A stretch of 64,000 nt of DNA from Orbicella franksi. Its lineage: Eukaryota. Each line of letters begins with the position of its first letter. Within the stretch, counting starts at the first letter, position 1. The notes under the pieces were generated by a model. That model was not told the DNA's origin. It ran no database searches and was given only the letters and a program-made list of their open reading frames with translations. The position numbers were made by a program, and so were the translations under genes. Positions 33,380 to 47,132 of the stretch are shown here, piece after piece. Location of the stretch: positions 26,474,001 through 26,538,000 of the forward strand of contig OZ116704.1 of the NCBI GenBank assembly GCA_964199315.1, read 5' to 3'.

Positions 33380-34165
33380 TGGTATGATACTAATCACTGG
33401 ATTCAGAACAGAGCTATGGACACGTTAAATACTTTACGATATTTTACGAGCTATTGCCTACATGACGAACTTCCTTCGTTTTCTTCCCGCTCGTCGCCAA
33501 TTAATCAGAATTGTTGCGGAAATGTTCGGGTTTTGAACTGATATTAAGTGATTAAATGGCACTTTACAACCTTTTCAGTTCACTTTTACCTATTGCCTAA
33601 GCAGATGTCATGTATAATTTCTGGATATATCATTATGGTTATATACGGTAATTTTTTAACCCCCCAGTGTGCAAGATTGCAAAAAAAAGACCATTGCATT
33701 TTGAAAAATATTGCGAAACAAGCGGTCGACAGCTCGAATGATCAGAGAGCGTGTATTCATAAAACTTAAAATAGCTCCGCTATTTAGTATTGCTATTGTT
33801 TTGTTTCTGGCTTAGCAACTAAAACGTCAAAACAATGATGGATGTTAATTGTTATCAAATATTTTAACGTGTAATTCAATGAGTTTTTTGTCTTGGTAGT
33901 TTCTTGAAAAAATAAAATATTCGTTCAGATATTTCTCCCAGTTCATGGGACAAGTGGGCCCAAAATGTATCAGTCCTTGCTAGTTAATACGGGTGTTATC
34001 GCATGGATTTCTCCTCAGCTTGAAATTATTAGAACATTTTGTGAATTGTCTTTGTAATATTAATTTCATTGGCGTGTGACCGAATTGGTTGCCTCCAAAA
34101 CATAACGTGCGTGGGTAACGCGTGGGATTACGCGCGGGACCGTATGGATCGTGCGAGAAACTGCT

Positions 34166-34395
34166 GTATCACTGTTTTGATTGTCGTTCTTTTTGCGTCA
34201 GATTTCGTCAAGAACGCAATGTTAGACTTGTTTCTCCTTTTTTTTCTGATATTAGGTTAATAAAATACGGTATTACTGTCGAGTATCATTTTGATAGTTG
34301 TCTTTTTGCGTCAGATTCGTCAAGAACTCAATATATGACGTGTTTCCCCGTTTTTCAGATATTAGGTGAATAAAATGCGATATCACTGTTGCGTA
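34166..34395. repeat. ~110-bp tandem duplication
   Basis: CTTTTTGCGTCAGATT(T)CGTCAAGAAC...GATATTAGGT(T/G)AATAAAAT occurs twice. Confidence 0.85.
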
Positions 34396-37300
34396 GTACT
34401 TTTAAGATAGTTCAAACCCGTATGACTGTCGTCTGCGATTGATATTTTAGAAAATGTCGCATTAATACTACGAGGATTTTTTTTGGCGGAATTTTGCAAC
34501 TCGAATCGATATATCTCGTGTTTCTTGTTGTGGAATTCTTCAATTCTGATCAGAGTTCTAGTAAAGTTCGAAAGTGTCAAGAGAAGTGTCTAAGACTTTC
34601 CATCCGTGAGAATTGGAAAATCTCGACTCGATTTGTAATTCTGTAATTTGTTTTTTTCCTTCGCATGATCCATGCCCCAGAACGTTGAAAGTGTGGAATA
34701 CGCCGTTGTCAAGGAAACGTATTGTGTAGAAGCGTATTACCCTTAAGCGCATCAATCTGTATCTTCGTAACCCAACACTTGCCTTTTAGTCTTTGCCTTA
34801 AAGGTAAGAATAATGTGATATTCTTTTTCATCCGCGTTATGAAAAATGTCGTGACTACCCTTAAACCCAAGAGCACAAATTTTATGATTGGTTTATCATT
34901 TCGCGAAGGTCCATGTTTTACGCACTTGAAACTTTTTAACTCGATGGTATAGAATATCGGCGACACATTAAAAAGCTGCACATTAAGGCAAATTATTGTT
35001 TAAGTGTTGCAGCAATACACTTGAAAGTTAAATTCACGATACACAATATTTGATACTGTTTTAATTTTAATAGTGATGAGTTTGCGTCAGTGTATTTTGG
35101 TAAAATGCAATATTCGATATCGTATGCCAGGGTTTTTTGTGGTGTCTTCAAATGTCAGCTAGTTTCGTTCGTTTGAGGTAAAAAATTGAGTGAGCGAGTT
35201 AATGAAACTTAAAAAATATCTTACATGGTAGACATTCTTGAGTTTCAAGTCTATGACACACACTTAAAATGGGTTTCTTTAAGATTTTTATCGATAAAAA
35301 TTGCTCTTTGGTATCTTAAATTTGTTTTCACTTAGACTATTTTCTGTCTGTGTACACTTTTTAGTTCTTTGATAGTTGGCCACTTATATGACGTGCTTTA
35401 CAACCATTAAGTAGAGATCTTGTGACAAACTAAAACAAACACAGATGTAGTAGCATTTGATGGGTCATTTTTTTTTCCTTTGGGTGAATCGTAAATGATT
35501 TAAAAGCTTTCTCGGCTTTGAGTTTTCCGTATGTTTCCGCGATTAGATGGCTCGGTTGAATCGAAATTGGCTCTGCGCGGAAGTATCTTGTCAGAATGAA
35601 ACATCTAGCACGTTATAAGCAAGGTTAAAAACTATGGAAATTTGTACAATTTTGTTTTAAAAATTGGTACAAATTGTGCAAACTTTGTACAAAACAAAGC
35701 TTGAAGATTGCCCGAGGGAAAATCAAAATCTTAGAAGTCTTCAATGCCAGTCCATTAGCAAATATGCAATAACAATTTCACGAAGCTTTTTTCTCCATTC
35801 ATGCTCGCCTTTGTTCAGTTGTCTTTCAAAAGCGCCGAACATTATTTCTAACAAAGGGAACTCTATATTGGAAAGCTTCAATTAGGTCGCGCGCTTTTGT
35901 TTCCCTGAGGCATGTTTGTGGTGCACTTTCTGTTCAGTCCATTCAACTCGTTGCAAAGCAGGTTAAAGTATTATTGTGCGCCTGTAAACACTCCACACAA
36001 TGCTTCACATCAAGGCACGTCATTCGCTATCAAACAACATAATAAGCATTTTGTGTTGCTCGACAAAATAGCCCTTTTTCGGTTATTTGAGATGCGGTTG
36101 CTTTTGTGTCAGTCAGCTATTCTTCGCCGTTCAGGCGTTTTGGTTCGGGCGCTTTTTGTGTTTGAGTTGTCTTCGCTTCTCGAATCTGGGATGATCTTTG
36201 TGGGGAAAACCAGGAGAAATCGCCGTTACGGTAAGGCGAGTTTACTGATAGTGTAGCGAGAGATCGAGCGAGCACGTTAAGAGCGATTATGGTTCGTTTT
36301 GAAAACGAAGCTCTCAGATTTTCAAGTTTCTTGAAGTGTGTTCTTGGAAGGAGAGTTGCTCTTGAAATGTCTGTAGTTTTTCGTGGCTATACGGCACGCG
36401 AACGGGTAGGAAATATTGGTTTTGTTTCTTGACGCGGAAACTGTCGAAATTCAGCACTTCTAGCTAGCAAATTGTACAATTAGAACCTCAGAATCAAACT
36501 GGCACCCATCACGTTAGCCATTTTGAGTAGAATGCACATTGTGCGAAGAAATTTCCTTTTTTAACGCAAAATGTACGATTTTTTCCTTGAAGATGTAAGT
36601 TTTATTTTCAGGGTACAAGCAAAACTTTAAACGGCAAACAATTGGACCACAGGAAGAGGGAGAAATCTCGTACGTACCCCCTGCTGGAAGACGTGTGGGG
36701 CAAATGCATTGAGAATTTCAATCCTTCATTAGCCCTCTTCAGAAACTGCGGGCACCCCACCTAGATCTGCTAATTTCTTGCGAGTGACCGCGCACGCAAG
36801 TTTTATTCGTGAAATTACTTCTTTTGGGGGGCGCATTCTGGGCCGCTTTTAGTACCGGGGACTTGATTTGCATGGGCTGATTTGCGTCGCGCATTTACGG
36901 CCCTGGGGCTTCCTCGTGTTAGCCAAAATAGTCCCACAAAATCTAAACTGCTCGCGGAAATCAGATTGTCCATAGTAAGATTTTTATTAAAGCGATAATG
37001 TGGCAATAAATTTACGCTTTTTCAGTGAGAAAACGAGTGACATCATCTGAGAAGTAATTTTAAAAAAAGCTGATAGCAATTTAGGATTTCTAATTTACGT
37101 CGCGCAAGTTTCATTTTCTGTGCTGCAGCTTTGCCTGTTTGTTTGAACAGATTGTACAACCAAAGAAAATTGTGGTTTCATTTCTGCCTGGCTAAATCAA
37201 TATTCTTGCCTGTTTCAACCCTTTTTCATAATTTTGTTTTGCCGTGTGCGGATGGAAGCAAACGTAATTTTAATTTCGAGGAATATGCCATGCCAAGTTA

Positions 37301-40300
37301 AAGGAAATTTAATAGTTCCTTATTTTCTAAACATTTTGGACAGAGTTCGGGTTATCTTGACGTAGAAATATTAAACAATTCATAAATCTTCATATTGCCT
37401 GAGGGATCAAAACAAAAGGTCTAAAAATGTTGAGCGTTAATCCGCTTATTCAATAATTTTTTGCTGTCTTGTCTTGGTGCCTTGAGTAGAAAAGAAATTA
37501 GCGCCAATTTATGGTCTTCGGTGCTTATGAGAGGTAAACTAAATTAAAAGCTATAGTAGAATATGGGGAGCAGATCTACTTCGCGTTGCAAAGTTTTATT
37601 TTGGGTCCAAATTTAGAGAACTTTTTAATGCTTGGTTCAAATTTTGTTTCTAGTTTCGTTAGAAACCGTCTCTCATTTCAAATCGGATCGAATATGAAAG
37701 ATTTTCATGTTCTAAATTATTTTTCCTTTAACTGTAGTTTGCTCGCTTTCGTGAATTCAAACATTAATTAAGCTTTTTGCAGTGCTGTGAATATTTTAGA
37801 GGCAGCATTAATTTGATTCCTTCAAATTTAAGAGTTCGAATTGAGAAAGTTCGAGACTTCGAGAATTTTGTTTTCTTTTTTTCGTTTAATCAAGAGCCGT
37901 CGTCTCGAGTAATTAACCCACTAATAAAGTGAACAGTCCTTTTTCGAGATGAACAGAAATGTAAAGCAAAAACCCTAAAATATCAAAAAAACTTGACCGC
38001 TCTAATCCAATGATGTTTGTTGAGCTAGTTTAATTTCAGCGTGCCGCGTGGAAATACGGAATATTGTGTTAAGATTTCAATTAACACCGCTAATATCCTT
38101 TCAGTTAAAAGTCGGTTTATAAGTATCCTAAGTAAGTTTAGTTTTCTGCGAAATTAATTGGTAGCGGTGTTAGTTTTGCTGTTAATTTCCGATGGCAGTT
38201 TCCCTTTGAGTGAACGGTTTCTTCCGACAGCCTGAGAAATTCACCACTTGAATTTCCCTCCTCCCACTGGGAAATTTATGCTTTTGTTGAAGAAAAAAAA
38301 AGTAAATCTCAAAATCAATCTTCAAGATCAAATTCATTTCCCAAATTTATTTTTGAATGGAAATCTGCCTCTAATAAAAACAACAACAGTGGCTACTTTG
38401 CATGAGATTGTATTTTGATCTGTAAATGCTTAGGAAAGCGCCTTGGATTTTTGCTCCTTAAATCTTTTCCACTTGTCAAATGCCAAGATGATGGAAGTTG
38501 TTCACAGTGTTGGTAATTCTGCTTTGATCGCTAAGGGTCCCATTCTACAGCTCATGATTTTTATACTTAAATGTAAGCATATCTTGTGTTTACCCACCAT
38601 TTGAAACCCTTAAAGTGCACCAGCGTTGAAATAAAAACACGTATCAAGACCGCGCGAACGTGTAAATTCCCTGCGCACGTGTGGGACAAATTAAAAACGG
38701 GTTTCCCATTGTGCGTATTTCACCCAGGTGCTGTGAACGGTGACGAGAGGTTTTTTGTGCCCTTTCTCACGCGCTTTAATCTCTGAATGGCTTGTTTATC
38801 GTGCTTTCTTTGAAATAAATCAAGCGATTTCGATTTCCCAGTCGCCCTTACTGGTAGCTTGTTATTAGTTATCGGAAATTGCAAAAGCGAGTTTTTAAAG
38901 TCTCTGCCACGGCGGTTGTTGTGGTCTTTTTGGAAGTGCGCGCTAGCTTCGAGCGCTTTCGCCTCGCCGATAAAGTTGAATCGTCGCAGGTCGTGGCTGA
39001 AACAACTGGCCGGCCGTAGGGAACACGTGGTGTCAACAAGCAAAACGTGTCCAGTCAGTAAGTCCTCTTTCATGCACGAAGTTGATTTTCATCAAACATT
39101 TTCCTCGTAGCCCTTAGTTGCGCACGTATACTGTTGGCGCTTTTTTCTTTACGAAAACTAATTCTATTTTTCACTGCTAGGATTTCGCGAACGGACTTTG
39201 AGCGCGCTGTGATATTCGGTTAGCGTTTTGACGTTGAAACTGTATCCTGCCGTCTAACGTGATTGCATTAGCGGGATTTTAGTGTAGAAATTGATATTTT
39301 CAGGGAGGATCAGATGTTCGGTTTTAACGAGTTGTTGTGGCTTGTGTGGTTAAGTGAAATTAGTTAACATTCGAGTGAAACTCGATCCTAATGCCTTTTA
39401 GCACATCGTTAACACATGGCTGGAGACTGAAGATATTATGGGCCTGCCATGTCCCAGACAATTAATCTTTCATAAAACGAGTCTTTCGTTGGCGCGCTGT
39501 GAAAAATAAAAGAGGGAGAATAAAGAGATTCGAGAGTTTCAAACTCATTTGCTGTCCGCAGTTTGCGCGTTCGTGCGTTCTTAGGCTTTGTTTCCAGTGC
39601 GAAATTATTTTAGAAGGAATTTGTGTTACTAGCCTTCATGTTGTTCACAGGTAGACAAAATTACTTATTAAAAACTCAATTTCATGAAAGGGTTTATTAT
39701 GGGTGAACTGTCGATCATCTCTGTCGCAGATTGTTTGTTAAGCCCAGTGCGAAGTTTTTCTTCCCAAGACTACTTTCCCCACGTTTCCGACTGAAAATCG
39801 GCGACGAATGAAATTGTTATATTTTTACGGTGAAAAAGCGACATCGCAACGTTTAAACGCGGATCAAGACAACTAACGTTATCAATTTCTGTGTTTAGTT
39901 AAAAAGTCTTCATCGCTGACCGCAATTAACATAGGCTTTATTAGCGGATAACGCACTGAACTCGCTTAGAAACCAGCTAAGAGCACGTATTTCAACGTTA
40001 AAATGTTTCATGTTACAGGACAGTAAGTTTCGTTTTAGTATAAATTTATGACGTGCTCTTGATTCGCTCCAATTTAGCTTCTCGAAGCGTTCAGAATTTC
40101 TAGTTGAGCTTAATAAACAAAGAAACGTCTTGAAGCAAATATCGGAGCCGAATATTAATGACGGATATTTTACATGTGAAATATTTTGATATTTTGAATG
40201 TGATCTTTCGTACTCTTTGTACATGCAAATATCTCCAAACAGCATAGCTGGAGTTCGAGTGATGTGGGCTTTTCTGTGCAATATTAAAAACTTCACTGGA

Positions 40301-43300
40301 ATAGTTTGCAGAATAAAGCGCAATTACTGTATGAAGTTTCAGCTTGGAGTCTTGAACTTATCATTGAGAGAATTGGCATTTGGTAGTCAAATGAAGTGAG
40401 CTTTAGGCACTTGCACGCAAAATACAAGCGTATTCTGTCGTTATTTGTATTTTTTCTTTTACATCTGGGAATCACTTTTTTTAAATTTCAAAATATACTT
40501 TGCCCAGAGAAAGCTTGTTTTCGCCAGCATATGTTGTTTTGGGGAGTTGTACTTTTTTTGAAACGCCTCGAGTTTGTGAAAGTTTAGTCAGATGGCGCCG
40601 CGGTGACTTTGTTTCTACACCTTGCCCAGTATGTAGCCAGTTGGATTTTTCAATTATAGATCCGCCGAGATCTTTTCCTTTTTCACCTCAAAGCAGTTGA
40701 TTTTTTATCTTGAAGTCGCCGGTGTCTGTATGTAAGTAGCTCTAACATTTATCAGACACTGGCCGTCCAGACCGTTAGAAACGAAGATCTGAAAAGATAA
40801 AGCAGAACGAAAAATTCTGAAATTAGCATACTGTTGTCTTGCGAGCACCCGTTTGGTGTGGTGTTAATTTTCATTCTTCTGGTGTGTGGCCACCTGAAAA
40901 GCGTTCATATGGAAACCCTCGGAGCATTTTCTTCCCTGTATTTTCTAGATATCGTTATGTAACCAAGTGGCGTTTGCTTGTGATATGTTTTACTATAGTA
41001 AGTCATCCATCCCGTTCAAGGATGCCGATAAAATTTAATTTCAACAAGCTCCTTTTGGTCGTGATGATTTATCCTCTGGGGAAATTTCACTCCTTTTTGC
41101 TGCTTAGCTTTGGCTCAAGTTGAATAGCTTGGCCTTTGAAAAGTGCAATTCAATTTCGCCTTTGTGCAAAAGTTGTTGATCCGTCCGACTTGGTTCTTTT
41201 GATTTCAATCGTTTCTTAGCTTTGGTTCTGTAAAGATTGCGCGAAATTTGCGCGGCGAATCCTTGAATACAGCCTTGTTCTACTCGTCGTGCTAGGTTTG
41301 TTTAAGTAGCCCACACGAAGACCTGGGCATCATGGTGAGATAATAGCCTATTTGGATCAATTTTGCCGGAGGTTAATACATGTGTCGTAGGTAAACCACG
41401 ATGTTTTCTAAGTTGTGTTTTATCACACTCCCTATAACCTTAATTTGCTAATACTGTACACTGTGATCTAGTACTTGAAAGATCTTGAGTGATTACATGT
41501 TTCTAGATATAGCAATGCTGTCCCTGGAAAGCTCTGTAACATTGAACTGTTGAGTATGGAAACAGGAAAATGTACCGAAGACGTCGGTGTTCTCTAGTAG
41601 TGCCGTCAGACACTCGCTGGTGCTCTCTGCTATCGCTCGTTAATCTCAAGCATCGCAAATCATGTTTTAATAATGGACTTTCAAAGCGCTATGTCGTCCC
41701 TTTCAAGAGCATTTCAATCCTTCTCAAATTAGTGCAAAAGGTGTGCTCAAAGAGTTACTTTGCGAAATCGTGGTGGAAAAGCGGTAATTTTTTGATGGAA
41801 ATTTTGGGATCGCGCGCTGAATTGTAAACGAATCGAAAACGGGACTTTGCGCGGAATTTCGCTTCCTCTGAATTCAAGTTTATCACAAGCTTTTGTAACA
41901 CAAATGTAATCCAGAGAATTTCGCGCAAGGAACGCGTTCTGTACATTAATTGCTGTATTCTTCACTTTCTTCCATTAGTGTACAAAATCGCATTGTGTCT
42001 TATGAGGCGGACGTCCGTTCATTTTGTGTCGCGCTAACGAACCAACTCTCAAGAAACAGCTTTTTTGTGGTTTGTCTACTCGTAATTTCAGTTGTACCAC
42101 GTTTAGTTCGTAATCCGCTCTCGTGTACTCCGAATTAATCCGCCTTATTTTAAGAATCCAACACCAAATTCATTCTTAAAAGAATTGTTTCTTTCAAAAC
42201 TCGCCGTTGACTGTTGTTCTCACGCCCTCTTGTTGTTTTTGATTTGCGCGTTTCTCGCTCTTATGTCAGACCAAAACGTTTTGAAACTTTCCTGGTGCGA
42301 AAATACGACTAGGCTCTCGTCAGCTTCCTTACATTTAATTCTTCAATTACTTGAGTTTTGTGTGTTTAGACAGAACCCTTTGTACATTGCAGTTGTAATA
42401 ATTGGTTTACAATGACTCACCGTCTTTTAACTTTCAAGGAGTCTTTACATAACATTAATTGCAGTCTCTCTTCGGCTGTTCGCCGGGTTTATTCCACTGT
42501 TCCATGCTTTAGAATGCCTCAGTTTTAACCCTTTTTTCTCCCATAGACAACATTTCGGTTTGCTTTGTTTTGCGTTTCTTCTAGTGCAAATAAGCGAGTA
42601 TACAAAGTTTCATCGCCACTGTCTTCCATTTTGTAGTCTTTATTTCCCTTGAAGGGAAATCGGTTATGTTATCATCCCACGGAAAATCATCCCTTTGATT
42701 TTTTTGTTGACCTTTGCAACATCAAACATTTGAAGGTTCGGGTTTCATGTATATGTAAAATTCCCCATCTCTGTGATTGTTGATTCTGTGCTTTGATTAA
42801 TAACTGATTTTTTTAATCTCCGATGTGTATCTTAGTGGCTTTGTGCGTGGATTTCATTACCTATATCTAACGCCACCCTTGTGGCGATAAAAAAATAGCT
42901 AATCCAGAAAAGACGTGCCTCTAAGTAGTAGCGACCATTCGGTGATCAAAATTGTTATTAACCATTTTTATGATGTGTGTTTTAAACTCTCGAATGCTCC
43001 TGCGTTCAAGACCTGTTCGTCTTTTCAGTCGAACTCGCGCGTCCGTTATGCCGGGTTCCGTGTCTAGCGTACGTGATTGCTTTTGATGTAAGACAACTTC
43101 AATATCAGCGATTAGATTGCGTTTTGGTATTAGAAGTCAACTTTCGAAAAAGAAGGTCTTTCGCTCCCAGCCTGGCTTAAACGACAGCTGTTTTGATGTT
43201 TAGACAATGTGAAATGTTGTCTTTCACTATCTTACTTGTATTTACTCATTCAGCGCCGAGAAGGTTTTTGAGAAGCTTGTACCCGCATTTAAGCGTTGTA

Positions 43301-46300
43301 TCTCGCGGTCTTATTATCGTTATAAAATTTTGCATGCCAAAGAGAATATTTTGCCTTCAAGCCATAATGCTGTTTAATTCACAATTACCGTTATGCAAGG
43401 CTAGGTTTTCTGTTAGTTTTTTTTTTGTCGATATACTAGTTTGACTTGTAAAATACGTTTTTGTGCATACCTTTAGGACGTGTATTCGCAGTTATTTCTT
43501 AATATGAGATAGGATATGAGTTTATGCTAGGTTGAATTTTGTCATATAAACGTCTTTTTGCCTCTTATTTCTTTCTAGTCGGCCCTAAGGCGGACTGCAA
43601 CCAAAACAAATCTTGTGCGGACATAAAAGTTTTCATGGAAAGCCAAATTAAATGCCAACCTAGAAACTAGAAGAAATCAAAATGTTCTCTGTGTTTAAAT
43701 TAATTATTGCACCGATTTCTGCTACGCAAAGTCGATTGAAGCAAAGTTAATTTCTGTCGTAAAGATCAGAGCATCAGGGCAGAATTTTCAATGTTGAATT
43801 TTTCGTCGCGTTTAAAACACATACCCTCTAAAATATCCATTTGTGTGTTCCACTCCCTCCGGTGGAAATGATCTACCGAGGCCAAAATATTTTTGTCGAC
43901 TGCCGAGAGCTCTGTTGTGTTTATAACGAGAAGAGTTCACTTTGTGTTTTCCGGCCAGTGCTAAATTTGCTAATGTGCAGTTTTATAGTGATGTTTATCG
44001 ATGTATTGCCATGCCTAAAGGGATATGTGATCAAAAGAACACAAAAGATCTAGTGATTTTCTTTTCGCGTTTTAAAAAGGACAAATTTCGAATAGAAACA
44101 TAAAAGCGTTATCTAAGGCGGACAATGACCTGACCCGTCCCTTTAAATTATTTCTTTTCACAGTCGTTGCTTGTTGATTTATTACACAAATGATTTCAAT
44201 TCACTCTACCCACAAGGTCGATCCAGTGAATAATTTTACACCGCAGAATTGTAACTTTTGCCCCTTGGAAAGGCTACATACGCTTAGTCTGTATTCTTTT
44301 CATTCCACTCTCGACTGGAAAAATGACCGAGCCGAGCAGGGCTGGCTTGGATTGTTTATTTTGTAGTTAGAGGAGTGTGTAAACGTTTTGCGTTTGCGTC
44401 GAAAATTATCAGATAATGATAAACCAAGGTGCGCCGCTACATACTGTTGTCCGTTAAATGTTTTGATTCATCTAACGTTTCCGTGGTTTGTGCGTAAGTG
44501 ATCCTCCAAACTGCGCGAGGTTTTAACTACATTTTAATGGTGTGTTTCTCGTTAGACCGGACCCCAACTGAAGCGCATCAACTTGCAAGCTTCTTGTTAT
44601 TTTGAGCACATTTCATGTCATGCAGAAATTTCCTTTGTCTAGTCTTTCGATCGCGCGCCTGATTGTCAAAGGGTCTTTTTAAAATCAACTTGGCGAAAAC
44701 AGTGATATTCTCGAGGGCTAGTTGATATTGCACCCTTTATTTCGTGCATTGAACAACGAAAATCCATCGGCGATAATAGAGTTAAAGTGTTGCGGTTGGT
44801 TTTGTTTTACGCCAACCTCAAACGTGCGCGGCTAAGCTGGTAAAATTCGCATAGTCGGTCTCCAAGGATCAAAAATCTTTCAACGCTAATCAATTATTCA
44901 TCTTGAAGGTTTAGTCGTGTAGGCGGGACGATAGAATCTAATTTAAAACTGCTGATGACAGGGGGGATAAATTGCTACCGATCTTATCTAAATTTGCCTT
45001 TGTTGACGAGCCTTAGGGGACATTTCTTCGCCAGGGGTGGCACGCACTTTTTCAATTGACAAGTTGATAATGAACTGCTATAGTTGCCCTCTCGCTAGTA
45101 GCCATCGATTACACTTCCTCTTTAAATGCGCTGTATTTCCGATCAAGTTTCGTAAACATTACAGGAATGGAAAAAACGCGATCGCGCAACAAAAAAATCG
45201 CTCTCTCGCCCTTCTGTTTTTCTGCGTCGCCGCGCTGAGGGATCTTTTGTTGTTTTTAATTCGGCGTTCAGCGCCTGAACAACCGTTCCGTGATCGCTCA
45301 AGAGGTTGCCGGTACAAGCTGGCGTTGTTGCAATGTTCTGTGTGTACCCGTGGAAGTTTCAAGAGTGGAAACTGTGTTTTTTAATTAGTTTACATAACAT
45401 GGATGCTAATTACTATCTTAGCAGCACGTGTGAATATGTCCAGTGACCCGCATCTTGTATTATCCCTCTTCCACCTCGACCACACACAACGTTTGTCTGA
45501 TTTCAGCCTCTCAGTTTTTCTGTTCGTTTATTGCTTGCAGGTTCTTCGTCTTAGCGAGTTTGTTTTGCTCGACGTGAGGCGGTTTTTGTCCCTTCTCCAC
45601 AAGAATTTCTCGTCAACGTGAGTGTTTTTACGTGCAAGTAAACATTCTATACATGGAAGAGTTACGTTTCCTGATTAATTTCAGGGAGATTAAAAATGCC
45701 CTGTTGTCACATGCGCTCGGCGACGACTTTGAAAATTGCATTTGGAAAGGTGATAGACACTGTGACTCGCAAATGTTATAGATGATGTTTTTAATTTATA
45801 AGGCTGTATGTTCGCCTGTGCCACTATCCGGCAAATGAATGATTTTCACTGATTTCTCAGCCGTGTAACTGGATAGTAACATTTTAACGGAGGAAATATT
45901 TTTTGTTGCACATCCCACCGCCTCAGAGATGTTATTTTTGTTAAAGGCTGTGGTATTTACATACGATATTAACACCTTGCTTGCATGGGAAATTTTTCTA
46001 TTACATTCAATAAAAAATACATATTTGCTCTACGACAGTTTGCTTGCTTTCTTTTTCCATCTTTCGCAACGATAATGTTTTCGACTTAAAAGAAACGTGG
46101 CTCGATCTGGAAGTGTTATGTCATTATTTTCCCGCTCTAAAACACGTTCACTTTTTGCATAAATATTAGCCGCCTTGACCACAAGAGGTAGTGGATTTGT
46201 TTGTGACCTAACTTGCGGGCGGTTTTGCTCTAACCTTGGCATGATAGCGGCGCGGATCACTCGCTTATCGAAATCACGGTTATTGAACTAAGATTTTCTC

Positions 46301-46379
46301 GTAATCGTGTATGAAGGAGCGCAAATGAACTTCACTTCATCGCTTAAGATCGCGCACGTTTCCAGATAGTAAGTTTTTT

Positions 46380-46960
46380 TTTTTGGATTTTCTTCTGCCA
46401 ACGATATCTCCAATACCCAAAACCTGGAGTAATTATTTTTGGCGCGAGATACTAATTAATTGGTGCACCTCTGCCGGTGTACCAATCGCATCACCGCTAT
46501 CGCTAATTAGGCCTTGCGTTGCCGGGGTAACGGGCGCCGCACAATGGAGAATGAAGCGAAATCAGGTGACCATCGCACGTGCAGTTAGCGGCAATGGCGG
46601 TCAATCGGTCAAGCTCGATAACAGCACCTGCTAACTTCGAGCTAATTTCCATGTTCGGACAGATGACAGTTCATTTCCTTGGGTTCGGGTGATTAGGGCT
46701 TAATTGGACCAGCTGACGACTACATCACACTAGCTGATTTGTCGACAGGCCGGTGAGATCTCGGAATCAAAACGTCGAATCCCGCCCCCTTTGACGAGCC
46801 CTTGAACAGCCTGTCACATTGGCTGTCGGCCTGTCAAACGGCTTGACATGAGTAACGCAACTAAAGGTTCATTTATCAAGAGTGTCATTGGACGGGCGCT
46901 GATTGGCCAATTCGTGCTGGCTCGCTTTCTGCCAATCAATAACACATGGGATCGAGGAGG
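46380..46960 (+). promoter_or_regulatory. SoxB1 proximal promoter / regulatory cluster
   Basis: Four CCAAT/ATTGG boxes in 46887-46936, including the palindrome ATTGGCCAAT; repeated CTGTCA, TAATTA, ACAATG and CAGCTG motifs upstream. Confidence 0.6.
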
Positions 46961-47132
46961 CGAGAGTCAAAAATAACGTGTGGTCTTCATAAGCGTGTAA
47001 CGAGGTTTTGAGAGCGTACCACGACAGAACGACAAACGAACTCTCGACAAACCGTCAGAATTTTGTCGTGGAAAATTTAGCGCCCGCCAACTCGAAGGTA
47101 ATTTTATTTGAATTTGTCTCGTTCGATTTGCC

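Noticed and set aside
38093-38102. A second ATATCCTTTC (U12 5'-like) motif
   Set aside because: No upstream exon or matching branch point identified; expected by chance in AT-rich DNA.
42869-42890. CGCCACCCTTGTGGCG, resembling a CTCF site
   Set aside because: Spacing is off by one base, and CTCF is considered bilaterian-specific and absent from cnidarians.
34400-46400. Many 60-140 aa ORFs in the SoxB1 flanking desert
   Set aside because: No recognisable domains, overlapping on both strands, and lengths consistent with random ORFs.
47098-47103. Donor-like GAAG/GTAATT in the SoxB1 leader
   Set aside because: No acceptor before the ATG; the CDS is complete without splicing.
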